Assembly: GCA_026395915.1 (NCBI GenBank)
Contig: JAPLXU010000011.1
Coordinates: forward strand, 15,688 to 79,687
DNA from: Candidatus Nomurabacteria bacterium
GTDB lineage: Bacteria; Patescibacteriota; Minisyncoccia; Phycocordibacterales; UBA9973
Direction: 5' to 3'
DNA: 64,000 nt
This document shows, piece by piece, positions 9,231-18,383 of the stretch; the stretch's first letter is position 1; the number at the start of each line of letters is the position of its first letter. The position numbers and the translations under genes are program-made. The notes beneath the pieces were generated by a model. That model was not told the origin of the DNA and searched no databases. It saw only the letters and a list, made by a program, of their open reading frames with translations.

Positions 9231-9569
9231 GATTATTTTTTGCAAAACTCCATCTATATTTGTATTTATTTCTGTATTAGTAAAACGTAAAACTTTTATG
9301 CTAAGACCTTCAAAAAATTTAGTACGTATCTCGTCATATTTCTGGCTATCTTTTGTAAAATGTTGAGAGCCATCAATTTCTATTGCTAATTTTTTTGTGG
9401 GACAATAAAAGTCTATAATATATCCTCCAATACTATGCTGGCGTCTAAACTTTAGACCTATCTGAGAATTTTTCAGTTTCAACCACAATAAAATTTCTTG
9501 AGGCGTGCTATTGTTTCTTAATTCTTTTCTTCTTGGAAACAATTTTTTGATATTGTTGATTGTTTTCAT
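9189..9569 (-). CDS. DUF559 / Vsr-like endonuclease domain protein
   Basis: RKELRNNSTPQEILLW, KFRRQHSIGGYIIDFYC, IEIDGSQH, RFTN. Start moved to MKTINN. Confidence 0.9.
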   Translation of the reverse strand: MKTINNIKKLFPRRKELRNNSTPQEILLWLKLKNSQIGLKFRRQHSIGGYIIDFYCPTKKLAIEIDGSQHFTKDSQKYDEIRTKFFEGLSIKVLRFTNTEINTNIDGVLQKIITTPNPLLHKEGSF

Positions 9570-9576
9570 TGTCTTA

Positions 9577-9671
9577 CCCCCCTCCTTAGTTAAGGAGGGG
9601 GCTGGGGGTGGTAATTCCGAATTCGGATCACCACCCCGCCCTTCAGGCACCCCTCCTTTCACAAGGAGGGG
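9577..9671. repeat. DUF559-associated palindromic repeats, copies 3-4
   Basis: CCCCCCTCCTTAGTTAAGGAGGGGGCTGGGGGTGGT (9577-9612) and ACCACCCCGCCCTTCAGGCACCCCTCCTTTCACAAGGAGGGG (9630-9671). Confidence 0.85.
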
Positions 9672-9748
9672 TTGTTCATTTAAGCATAATGCTTGATAAT
9701 AATAACATACATATGTTAAAATCTTCTTAAGCGAAAGGACAAAAAAAT

Positions 9749-9913
9749 ATGATTGTACAAATTAGTCTTGGGAGATTCTCAAGGAGCGGAAATTATCAAT
9801 TCTTTCCAAACCAAGGGTTCAAGTTTTCCGAAGAAGCTTCGAACGAGCTATGGCGTCGTCTAAAAAAGATTTGGGATGAACGCAAATGGCCAAAGCGAAA
9901 GCGGAAGCCATAG
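9749..9913 (+). CDS. Small basic hypothetical protein (54 aa, not in the ORF track)
   Basis: AAAGGA RBS; MIVQISLGRFSRSGNYQFF...KWPKRKRKP*; terminator-like AAGAAGCCG..CGGCTTCTT downstream. Confidence 0.5.
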   Translation: MIVQISLGRFSRSGNYQFFPNQGFKFSEEASNELWRRLKKIWDERKWPKRKRKP

Positions 9914-10029
9914 ACGTGTGGAGCGCGCATCGCCGTCTGTAAGAAGCCGAGCTTCTACAGGCGGCTTCTTATTTTTACTGTACATTTTTATCATTGTTAT
10001 TTTTTAACTTAAAATGTTAAAATAAATGC

Positions 10030-11082
10030 ATGAATAATATGATCTGGATAATTTTGGGAATAATTGTAGGAGGTATAATTACATATCTCGTTTTGAATAA
10101 AAAAAAGGAAGAAAAAAAGGACGACCAAAAAGATGTAGGCCTTAATCTTATTTTGACCCAGATAAACGAACTCTCGCGAACAGTCGATAATAAAATTGGC
10201 GAATCTCATAAACAGGTCAATGAAAGTTTGAAATTTCATTCGAGCGAATCGAATAAAATTATTCGAGATGTGACTGAACGACTCACAAGGCTCGATGAAA
10301 CAAACAAGCAAGTCATTTCTTTCGCAGATCAATTGCAAAGCTTGGAAAACATTTTGAAAAATCCAAAACAACGCGGAATTTTGGGAGAATATTATTTAGA
10401 AACTGTCTTGAAAAATGTCTTGCCTCCTGGGAGCTACCAGATGCAATATGAATTCCCTGATAAAACCATAGTAGACGCTGTCGTTTTTGTAAAAGATAAA
10501 ATTATTCCGATAGACTCGAAATTCTCACTGGAGAATTACAATAAAATGGCTGAGGAACGAGACGGAACAGAGAAAAAAAGATTGGAGACAGTTTTCATAA
10601 ACGACTTAAAAAATAGAATTACCGAGACAGCAAAATATATTCAGCCGACACAAGGCACTACGGATTTCGCTTTCATGTTCATCCCTCATGAAGCTATTTA
10701 TTATGATCTGCTTACAAATAAAGTCGGAGCTGGAGATGAAAATGAAAATCTGATTCAGCGAGCGGCGGGAAAATATAAAGTCATCATCACCTCTCCCACT
10801 TCATTTTTGGCATATTTGCAAACCGTCTTGCAAGGTTTGAAGGCCTTGAAAATCGAAGAATCTGCTAAAGAAATAATAAAAAAAGTTGAGGATCTCGGTA
10901 GACATTTAAAATCTTATGACGAATATCACAACAAATTAGGAAACGCGCTTAGCACTGTCGTGAACCATTACAACGCTTCTAATAAAGAATTAAAAAAGAT
11001 TGACAAAGATGTGCTCAAAATTGCCGGTTCTTCGCCGGAACTTTCTCTTTTGGAAATTGAAAAACCAAAAACTGAAGAATAA
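10030..11082 (+). CDS. rmuC: DNA recombination protein RmuC
   Basis: N-terminal TM; PKQRGILGE, IDSKF, TTDFAFMFIPHE, SPTS. Confidence 0.93.
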   Translation: MNNMIWIILGIIVGGIITYLVLNKKKEEKKDDQKDVGLNLILTQINELSRTVDNKIGESHKQVNESLKFHSSESNKIIRDVTERLTRLDETNKQVISFADQLQSLENILKNPKQRGILGEYYLETVLKNVLPPGSYQMQYEFPDKTIVDAVVFVKDKIIPIDSKFSLENYNKMAEERDGTEKKRLETVFINDLKNRITETAKYIQPTQGTTDFAFMFIPHEAIYYDLLTNKVGAGDENENLIQRAAGKYKVIITSPTSFLAYLQTVLQGLKALKIEESAKEIIKKVEDLGRHLKSYDEYHNKLGNALSTVVNHYNASNKELKKIDKDVLKIAGSSPELSLLEIEKPKTEE

Positions 11083-11183
11083 ATTTGTTATCATAACTTC
11101 TTCATTAAGTCTTCATCAAAAAAGGACATAGTTTAAAAGCAACATAAAAAGGTCGATTTTTTAAAATTAATAAATTAAAAAAC

Positions 11184-11618
11184 ATGATAAATAAAATTAG
11201 ATTCATTTTTCCAGTTTTAGCTCTTGGTCTTGCGTTAAGTCCCGTGGCTTTTGCCCAGACGACAACAACATCAGCCGCAACAACTGCTGCTATTATTTGC
11301 GTTGGAACAGCAGTCAACGCGAGAGAAACTGCTTTGGGTTCTGCTATCAGCACCCAAGCTCAAGCTGTGGCAGCGGCATATACCGCGAGAGCAACTGCGT
11401 TGCAACAAGCTTACGCTCTCACTACGAGAACAGACGTAAGAGCATCCGTGAAAACAGCTTGGACGACTTTCAACACCGCTGTTAAAACAGCGAACAAAGC
11501 TTGGAAAACTGCAAAAAATAGCGCGTGGTCTCAATTTAGAACCGCTTCGAAGGCATGCAAGGCTCCCTCTGGCATCAGCGACTCTGGAAATTCCGGTTCG
11601 GAAATAATCGGAGAATAA
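11184..11618 (+). CDS. Secreted Ala/Thr-rich helical hypothetical protein
   Basis: Signal peptide ending AFA; terminator AAAAAAACGGAAGC-CTT-GCTTCCGTTTTTT downstream. Confidence 0.7.
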   Translation: MINKIRFIFPVLALGLALSPVAFAQTTTTSAATTAAIICVGTAVNARETALGSAISTQAQAVAAAYTARATALQQAYALTTRTDVRASVKTAWTTFNTAVKTANKAWKTAKNSAWSQFRTASKACKAPSGISDSGNSGSEIIGE

Positions 11619-11672
11619 AATTTAATAACGCCCAAAAAAACGGAAGCCTTGCTTCCGTTTTTTTGTATTTTT

Positions 11673-12860
11673 TTACTGCAAAACAACTGTCTTCGAATTC
11701 CAAGGTTTGAGATAAATGAAAACTGCCATTGCTATGAATGCCACAATTGCAGAAAAAATAAAAGCGTATGACGGATTAAAAACCCAGAGTGCGCCGGCTA
11801 TCACAGAAGCTAGAAGGTAAACCAAGCCTGTGACAAAATTGTACATACCAATCGCTGTAGCTCGCCTTTCTTTTTCTAGGTCGGCGATGAACGCTTTACT
11901 CTGTGCTTCATCGATACTGTAAAAAATTCCGAACAATAGGAACAAAATAATTATTTCCCATTTTTCCGTGGCAAAAATGAAACCCAAAGACATTATGATA
12001 TAAATCAAATATCCCAAAATAATTATATATTTTCGCCCGATCAAGTCGCCCAACTTCCCTACTGGTATTGATATCGCAACGAATGAGACATTAAAAAGAG
12101 CGTAGAGCAACACAACATCTTTTATCGCAAAACCGATGGCGTATGCTTTGAGTAAGAGAAAACCGAAACTGAAATACGCTAAAGAAAAAATCCCCGCAGG
12201 AATCAAATATTTTTTGAAATTTGGATTCAAAACGCCCCAAGCTTTGAAAATATTTTCCCTTTCGTGCGGAATTCCTGGACGATCTTTCATCAAAGCGAGA
12301 ACCACAACGGACAACGCAGCCGTCACTAATGCTATTATAAAAATAACTCGAAAAGTGCCAAGTCCTTGACCAAGATAAAGAAGCAAAAAATACGCGACTA
12401 TTGGTCCCAAGACAGCTCCCGCCTTGTCCATCGCTTTGTGCACGCCGAAGGCGTATCCTATGTTGGATTCTTGCGCTATCGATGCGAGCCAAGCATCGCG
12501 AGGCGGACCACGGAAACTTTTCCCTAGTCGCTCAATGATTCGAAAAGAACCAAGCGCAAAGACAGACGTCCCGAGCAAGAGCATTATTTTTGCCAATGTG
12601 GAAAAACCATAACCGATCAAAGCGAGAGGTTTTCTCTTCCCTATCCTGTCCGACATCCAGCCGGCAAAATAATCGAGAGAGGAAGCGGAAAAATCCGAAA
12701 AGCCCTCGATCAAGCCGAGAAGTGATGCCGAAGCTCCAGCAATCACAGTAAAAAATATAGAGAACACAGAAAAAATAGCTTCAGAGCTGATGTCCGTCAA
12801 AAAGCTCACAAGACCTAAACGCAAAACATCAGGATGTATGTCCAAAAATCTTTTTTTCAT
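11673..12860 (-). CDS. MFS transporter
   Basis: About 12 TMs; GWMSDRIGKRK motif A and GKLGDLIGRK repeat. Confidence 0.92.
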   Translation of the reverse strand: MKKRFLDIHPDVLRLGLVSFLTDISSEAIFSVFSIFFTVIAGASASLLGLIEGFSDFSASSLDYFAGWMSDRIGKRKPLALIGYGFSTLAKIMLLLGTSVFALGSFRIIERLGKSFRGPPRDAWLASIAQESNIGYAFGVHKAMDKAGAVLGPIVAYFLLLYLGQGLGTFRVIFIIALVTAALSVVVLALMKDRPGIPHERENIFKAWGVLNPNFKKYLIPAGIFSLAYFSFGFLLLKAYAIGFAIKDVVLLYALFNVSFVAISIPVGKLGDLIGRKYIIILGYLIYIIMSLGFIFATEKWEIIILFLLFGIFYSIDEAQSKAFIADLEKERRATAIGMYNFVTGLVYLLASVIAGALWVFNPSYAFIFSAIVAFIAMAVFIYLKPWNSKTVVLQ

Positions 12861-12954
12861 AGGATGTGTTAATTATATATGATTGAGATTTTGTTTACAA
12901 TCGAAAGAATTATCCGTTTTTGGCACAACCATATATTGTGATATAATTCACGGT

Positions 12955-13896
12955 ATGAAATTTGGATCTGAAAGACTGAATCCGATAATGAAAACGGCAA
13001 TACATGAAAGCCATTTTAAAGGAACCAGAGAACTTTTGAATGGCTCTTTATTTTCAGAATCTGACAAAGGGTTACTACTTTTGCTTAAAGATTCTCTCGC
13101 AGACGCTGGACGAAGAAAAAAACTTTTAGATATGTTGAGCTATCGTCACGAAGACCCCGTGCCTCTTTCGCAAATAATACAAGTTTTTGATAAATTCAGT
13201 GATTTACAAGCCAACGTTGAACTTACTCCCGAAGATATAAAGTTAGTTAATTTTGCGATTAAATATTTTGAAAATTGGTTTTATGATGGAGCATGGGCAA
13301 AGATTTCTCACAAACAAAACGAAAATCCAAACGCTTATGCCTACCTTTCCGTCCCAGCTGGTATCATCAATCTTCTTACCAAACTAAAAGATTCTGCGAA
13401 ATCTGCTGACGAAATTGTCGGTTTTGATCCGCATAGGCTAGTTGAACTTCAAAAAGAAGTGAGGGGCTTTGCTGATGCATATTTGTTATCGGAAAGACTT
13501 CGAGCAATTTTGAAAGAAAAATTAAATCCAGAAAAGAAAGAAAAGACAGAATTCATACTTGAGAATCACGAAGCAATGTTGAGAACTTTCCATGAATCAG
13601 AGCGATCGGTGCAAAGTGAATTAGTGAGTGGCTCAGGAAGTTCGCATTCCAAAGCGCCAGAACTTTATTTAGTAAAAACTGCCTTAATCGCTCGTGAAAA
13701 AATGAGAAGAGAGCAAGCAGGCTCTGATCATTGGGTCTTTGTTCCAGATGTAAAAATAGACATAGACAGAGGCAGATACCAACTATTTGATTTTAGCGAG
13801 GGTCAAGATGGACATAGTTCTATGCATTATCCAAAAGATAGAATTCCCTATGCTCGATTTTTAGTCGAGTATCTAAGAACTAGAAAAGGGAAATAA
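12955..13896 (+). CDS. Hypothetical protein
   Basis: Long ORF; probable start MKFGSE just after TATAAT. Confidence 0.65.
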   Translation: MKFGSERLNPIMKTAIHESHFKGTRELLNGSLFSESDKGLLLLLKDSLADAGRRKKLLDMLSYRHEDPVPLSQIIQVFDKFSDLQANVELTPEDIKLVNFAIKYFENWFYDGAWAKISHKQNENPNAYAYLSVPAGIINLLTKLKDSAKSADEIVGFDPHRLVELQKEVRGFADAYLLSERLRAILKEKLNPEKKEKTEFILENHEAMLRTFHESERSVQSELVSGSGSSHSKAPELYLVKTALIAREKMRREQAGSDHWVFVPDVKIDIDRGRYQLFDFSEGQDGHSSMHYPKDRIPYARFLVEYLRTRKGK

Positions 13897-13934
13897 AATC
13901 GTCGTCTTTTTGAGTTATCCACAGGTTTGACTTG

Positions 13935-13968
13935 TGTAATATATTTTTTACGTATAGAATATATTACA
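13935..13968 (+). promoter_or_regulatory. Palindromic operator overlapping the promoter of the membrane protein-XRE operon
   Basis: TGTAATATATT-N12-AATATATTACA (two tandem GTA-N10-TAC boxes), overlapping TTGACT...TAGAAT. Confidence 0.6.
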
Positions 13969-13992
13969 TTAATAGTTAATTAAAAAAATTAT

Positions 13993-14424
13993 ATGATAGG
14001 AAAACCACATTGGTTTAAAAGAAGGAAGTATACTGGCTGGGGATTTACCCCTGCCACTTGGGAGGGCTGGCTATACATAATCGTTGCCATACTGCCCTTT
14101 GTTTTGCTTATGGGCGTCTCGCCGATTAATCAAACCAGAATGATACTCATTATCATTTGGGCTTTGATCGTGTGCGTTGATTTCGTGGACATCGTGATTC
14201 ATTTGCCGAAAGACGAACGCGACCGCATACATGAAGCCATCGCGGAACGAAACGCTTTATGGATCATCGTAGCCGTTCTCGGCATAGGAATAGCTTTTCA
14301 GGCTGCTTCCGGAGCCGTCTCTCACGCTCTCATTCCGCAAGTCGATCCGTTTCTACTTGTTGCTCTTTTTGCCGGGCTTCTGGCGAAAATAATCTCCAAT
14401 ATTTACCTCGATAAGAAAGATTAA
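13993..14424 (+). CDS. Four-TM membrane protein (DUF2178-like) paired with an XRE regulator
   Basis: [19 protein letters not shown] and KDERD motifs; adjacent to an HTH gene. Confidence 0.7.
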   Translation: MIGKPHWFKRRKYTGWGFTPATWEGWLYIIVAILPFVLLMGVSPINQTRMILIIIWALIVCVDFVDIVIHLPKDERDRIHEAIAERNALWIIVAVLGIGIAFQAASGAVSHALIPQVDPFLLVALFAGLLAKIISNIYLDKKD

Positions 14425-14428
14425 AAAT

Positions 14429-14629
14429 ATGGAAACAAAAATCGCATATTATCGAAATAAACTTTCTATGACGCAAGAAGAACTCGCGAAGATTGTCGGC
14501 GTCACAAGACAAACCATCATCTCGCTAGAACAAAATCGCTATAACCCTTCCCTGCTCTTGGCTTACAAAATAACCAGGGCGTTAAAAATGAAATATGTCG
14601 AAGAAGTTTTCGGCTTGAGTGTCGCGTAA
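14429..14629 (+). CDS. XRE/Cro family HTH regulator
   Basis: [29 protein letters not shown]. Confidence 0.92.
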   Translation: METKIAYYRNKLSMTQEELAKIVGVTRQTIISLEQNRYNPSLLLAYKITRALKMKYVEEVFGLSVA

Positions 14630-14639
14630 TCTTTTGAGA

Positions 14640-15146
14640 CTATCTCGGAAGACTGACTCGCCATTTTAGCACTCCCAAAACTGGGCAATCAAGACTTGAA
14701 TTTTCATTTTCATCCACGATGCTTGCATAAGTCATAATTTTTCGTTCGAAAATATCTTGATAAGAAACATTCAAGACATCAGAAAATTTGGTCTTCCTTT
14801 CCATTTCTTCTATTTGTTCCTTGGAAATTTCTCTTGTTGCGTGCTTTTCGGATTTTGGTTCAACATTTCCAAAATCAATAGTTTCATTGGTATTGAAAAT
14901 AGAACTAAGTTTGACATCAAGCGCGAGACCATAGCCGATATTTTCCACGCTGTACATTATGCATTGTTTTGGGAGCTTGAAATTTATCGGCCCTCTGATT
15001 TTTAATTTGATTATCGGAAGACGTGTGTCTTTTCGCGTGTCTTGGGCTTCCTTGATACTGCGGGCGGTAATAATAACGAGCACAATAGTCGCCACAGCCT
15101 GAATAATTCCATTGTGAGCATCAAACCAACCTAAAAAGTCTAACAT
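14640..15146 (-). CDS. Single-TM hypothetical protein
   Basis: N-terminal TM (IQAVATIVLVIIT); soluble domain with ENIGYGLA. Confidence 0.6.
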   Translation of the reverse strand: MLDFLGWFDAHNGIIQAVATIVLVIITARSIKEAQDTRKDTRLPIIKLKIRGPINFKLPKQCIMYSVENIGYGLALDVKLSSIFNTNETIDFGNVEPKSEKHATREISKEQIEEMERKTKFSDVLNVSYQDIFERKIMTYASIVDENENSSLDCPVLGVLKWRVSLPR

Positions 15147-15291
15147 GGGATTATTATACACCAGAATTGGGAAATTGAAATCTTAGTAGTAACAAAAAAT
15201 GCATTGTTGACAAATCTTCTTGAAGTTGTAAATTGAGTCATGATAGTCCTAAACAATATGTTCTTTTGGGCATGAAAGGAAGCCCATAAAA

Positions 15292-15588
15292 ATGAATCCA
15301 TCACAACAAGAGCAAAGAATGCGAGAAGATTATCCCTTTATGTTCTCGCACCCCGGTTGCAAACCTGGTGAGGTTTGGATTGGCGATCAAATGTTGGAAT
15401 TTGCTTGTATAAACGTTCAGATATACAAAAGGGCGGGGTGTCCAAGCGCCAGACTTGGAGAAGATGAAGTCATGGTGACTGTTCAACTCAGGAACAGGAA
15501 GGAACTGTTTCCGGGTCGTTCGGTGTTTGTGAACCTGAAGGAACTCATCGCCTATGGAGAAAAACAGGAAAAGGCACAAATGGGTTGA
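15292..15588 (+). CDS. Hypothetical protein (orphan)
   Basis: Own promoter/RBS cassette upstream and a hairpin downstream. Confidence 0.6.
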   Translation: MNPSQQEQRMREDYPFMFSHPGCKPGEVWIGDQMLEFACINVQIYKRAGCPSARLGEDEVMVTVQLRNRKELFPGRSVFVNLKELIAYGEKQEKAQMG

Positions 15589-15703
15589 GAGTCTCATACT
15601 CTCGTGACAGCCAGTACACACCGAAAGGAGTAAAAGTGCACTGGCTGTCTTAGTTTTCAATTTGTTTTTAATTTTTCAAGAAAAATGCTATATTTTTGTG
15701 AAT

Positions 15704-15778
15704 GGCCCTATCGTCTAACGGTTAGGACAGAGCCTTCTCAAGGCTTAAATCGCGGTTCGATTCCGCGTAGGGTCACCA
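15704..15778 (+). tRNA. tRNA-Glu(CTC)
   Basis: Cloverleaf; anticodon loop TTCTCAA; GGTTCGATT; CCA encoded. Confidence 0.95.
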
Positions 15779-15806
15779 AGCACTGGAATATGCTACACTA
15801 TGAAAT

Positions 15807-16085
15807 ATGATTGCTGAATGGGCTGTAAGAAAAAAATTATTTAGAAATGTAAACCATGCAATTTGGTTCATTATGAGCATGTGGCTATTGATTGTAACAG
15901 TGGCTTATAATCTGTTTCCTAATTTAGGAATTATCATATTTATTCCGATTGGTATGCATCTTATAGTTTTCCTCCAAGCCATACATGAATTTTACTTTCC
16001 AAGTAAAGAAAACGAGGTAATAAGTAAAGATTGTATCTGGTTCAATTTATTAATGGTTTTTATATATTTATTAATTTTTTTCTAA
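15807..16085 (+). CDS. Small membrane protein
   Basis: Three hydrophobic segments; TGCTACACT -10 just upstream. Confidence 0.55.
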   Translation: MIAEWAVRKKLFRNVNHAIWFIMSMWLLIVTVAYNLFPNLGIIIFIPIGMHLIVFLQAIHEFYFPSKENEVISKDCIWFNLLMVFIYLLIFF

Positions 16086-16149
16086 TACTCACAAATGCTC
16101 GCATACTCGCAAGAATCTTTTTTTGTAAAAATTTTGTTATAATACCCCC

Positions 16150-16401
16150 ATGCCTAGCAAAAAAAATTCAACCGGCGTTGTGCATAAAATTCCTTCGGAT
16201 TTTAAGAGGGCTCTTGTTGCTGACCCTAAGGCTTTTGCGACTTGGGAGGACATCACGCCACTCGCTCGCAACGAATGGATCTGTTGGGTTATTTCTCCAA
16301 AGCAACCAGAAACGCGGATTCGCCGAATCAAGGTAGGACTATCAAAACTAAGAGGCGGAATGAGAAGACCATGTTGTTGGGCTGGTTGTACTCATCGCTG
16401 A
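16150..16401 (+). CDS. YdeI/OmpD-associated family protein
   Basis: IPSDF..AL, TPLARNEWICW, KQPETRIRRI, RRPCCWAGC. Confidence 0.8.
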   Translation: MPSKKNSTGVVHKIPSDFKRALVADPKAFATWEDITPLARNEWICWVISPKQPETRIRRIKVGLSKLRGGMRRPCCWAGCTHR

Positions 16402-16536
16402 AATAATCCGAATCCCCCATAAACTAAGAGAACCACCGAAGAGGTGCGTCCTCTTAGTGGTTCTTTCTCACGATTATTTTTCAACAGGCGACTTCATGAG
16501 AGTTTAGGTCGTCTGTTGTCCGGCACTCGACCGGAC

Positions 16537-16845
16537 CTAGCAAGTCTGGATTTCCTCTGCCTTTTGGGGAGGAAGCACCAACAAGCGTGCCACCAGTGGC
16601 ATCTCCGGTTCTGATTGCGAAGACTCCTCGACCGCAAAGAACATAGGTTCTCCTCCTTGCTTGGGAACAAAGCTAAAGGCTAAAAAGCCAGTCCTGTTCA
16701 TTTCCCTCTTTGGAGTTAATGTCCCAACATTTTGGTCACTATAGGCTGATTTCCACTCTGCGAAAGTAGGAAACCCACCATTCAATGGGCCTTCCATTAC
16801 TTCTCCTGTTGCTGATAATTTCAGCACAAAGATGTTTCTTGGCAT
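16537..16845 (-). CDS. Hypothetical protein (orphan)
   Basis: AAGGAG RBS; its promoter cassette is homologous to that of the 15292 gene. Confidence 0.6.
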   Translation of the reverse strand: MPRNIFVLKLSATGEVMEGPLNGGFPTFAEWKSAYSDQNVGTLTPKREMNRTGFLAFSFVPKQGGEPMFFAVEESSQSEPEMPLVARLLVLPPQKAEEIQTC

Positions 16846-16940
16846 ATTTCAGGGGCTCCTTTCATTGCCCCGAAGAACTAACTTTGCTTGACTATTTAAC
16901 TTAATCTACAACTTTTTCAAAAATCTGTCAACTGCAATTT

Positions 16941-18284
16941 TTATTTCTTCTTCAGCCACTCGTCGTCTTGACGAACCAACAGTTTATTTTTATTTTCTTT
17001 ATCAAAGAGTATTGCTTCCACGACGCGTTCCATGCGCATGCCTTGCGAACCTTTCACGAGGACCAAGTCCCCTTTTTGTATAAAAGTTTTCATAAACTCG
17101 CCGGCTTGCGATGAATCTAGGAATTCAAAAAAGCTCGCCTCGTTCATTCCTGTTTCGAGCGCGCCTTCTTTGATGGCTTTCGCTCTCGGTCCGACAACGA
17201 CAAGCGCGTCGCATTTTTCTTTCGCCATCCTGCCGATATTTTTGTGGGCTTCCACGGTGTGCTTTCCTAATTCGAGCATGTCCCCTAGCACAGCAATTTT
17301 CCTTTCGCCAAATTTTACTTCTCTTAAAGTTTCAAGCGCAGATTCACATGCAAAAGGTGAAGAATTGTAAGTGTCATCAATAATCATTGAATCATTTATT
17401 CCTTTGAGGAGTCGCATCCGTCCGCTCGGAACATCGTAATTTTTCAAAGCATCTATCGCCTCCAACATATTCAATTTCAAAACCGAAGAGAGCGCGAGCG
17501 CTGCCATAGACGCATAGACATGATTCCTGCCAAAAACTCCTTCAATAATGACAGGCAAACTTTTACCATCTGAGTCCACTCTGAAAATAATTCCTGTCGG
17601 CTCGCTGGTAGTGGCATACAAAATATCTACGCCAGAACCCAAGATATCCGCGCCTTCTTTGAAGCCGTAAGTTATGATGCGAGATTTGCTGAGATTTTTC
17701 ATTTTCGACACATCTTCATCATCGGCGTTCAATATTAAAAAACCGCCCCCGCCTGCATCAGCTATGCTGGAAGCATTGCGGGCAGGTTTTTTTAAAGTTT
17801 TGATGAGTTTACTTTTTTCTTCAATCAAATGTTTACGCGAAGTAAAAAATTCTATATGAGCAGGAGTCTCGCCAATGGCCGTAATGATGACCACATCCGT
17901 CTTGAGCCAAGAAGCAGTCCGACGCATATCGCCCGGATGTCCCACACCGACTTCAAGAACCAGCCACTTTGGATATTGAGAAGATTTGAACGGATTTATA
18001 AAAAGCCAAAGACCTTTAAGAACATTCAAGAGCCAAATAAAAGGATTATTCCAGCCATTCGGAATACCTAAAATAGTAAGAGGCAAACCTATTTCGCTAT
18101 TGTAATTTTTGTTTGCCTTGCGGACGTGAGACACTTTTGAAAGAACCGCATAAACCGCGTCTTTTGTAGAAGTCTTGCCGACGCTTCCAGTGATAGCAAT
18201 GATTTTCGGCTTGTATCTGAAAAGCACCAGGCGCGATTCTATCTGTAAAATATAAGCTATTATTTTTTTGAAAATTGTTTTCAT
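16941..18284 (-). CDS. murF: UDP-MurNAc-tripeptide D-Ala-D-Ala ligase with an in-frame repeat insert
   Basis: ITGSVGKTSTKD, IIDDTYNSSP, VLGDMLELG, LVKGS. Confidence 0.92.
   Translation of the reverse strand: MKTIFKKIIAYILQIESRLVLFRYKPKIIAITGSVGKTSTKDAVYAVLSKVSHVRKANKNYNSEIGLPLTILGIPNGWNNPFIWLLNVLKGLWLFINPFKSSQYPKWLVLEVGVGHPGDMRRTASWLKTDVVIITAIGETPAHIEFFTSRKHLIEEKSKLIKTLKKPARNASSIADAGGGGFLILNADDEDVSKMKNLSKSRIITYGFKEGADILGSGVDILYATTSEPTGIIFRVDSDGKSLPVIIEGVFGRNHVYASMAALALSSVLKLNMLEAIDALKNYDVPSGRMRLLKGINDSMIIDDTYNSSPFACESALETLREVKFGERKIAVLGDMLELGKHTVEAHKNIGRMAKEKCDALVVVGPRAKAIKEGALETGMNEASFFEFLDSSQAGEFMKTFIQKGDLVLVKGSQGMRMERVVEAILFDKENKNKLLVRQDDEWLKKK
17748..17786 (-). repeat. 39-bp coding palindromic element (PARNASSIADAGG) in murF
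   Basis: Sense strand CCTGCCCGCAATGCTTCCAGCATAGCTGATGCAGGCGGG; identical to the valS copy. Confidence 0.95.
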
Positions 18285-18336
18285 GACTTCATATTAAGAT
18301 TTCCTTGCAAATGATTTTGAGAAAAGTGGGTTCCTC

Positions 18337-18383
18337 AGATAGCGCCTAAAGCCCTATTTTAGATAGGGCTTTAGGCGCTATCT
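18337..18383. repeat. Perfect 21-bp inverted repeat overlapping the ftsI stop
   Basis: AGATAGCGCCTAAAGCCCTAT-TTTAG-ATAGGGCTTTAGGCGCTATCT. Confidence 0.9.
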
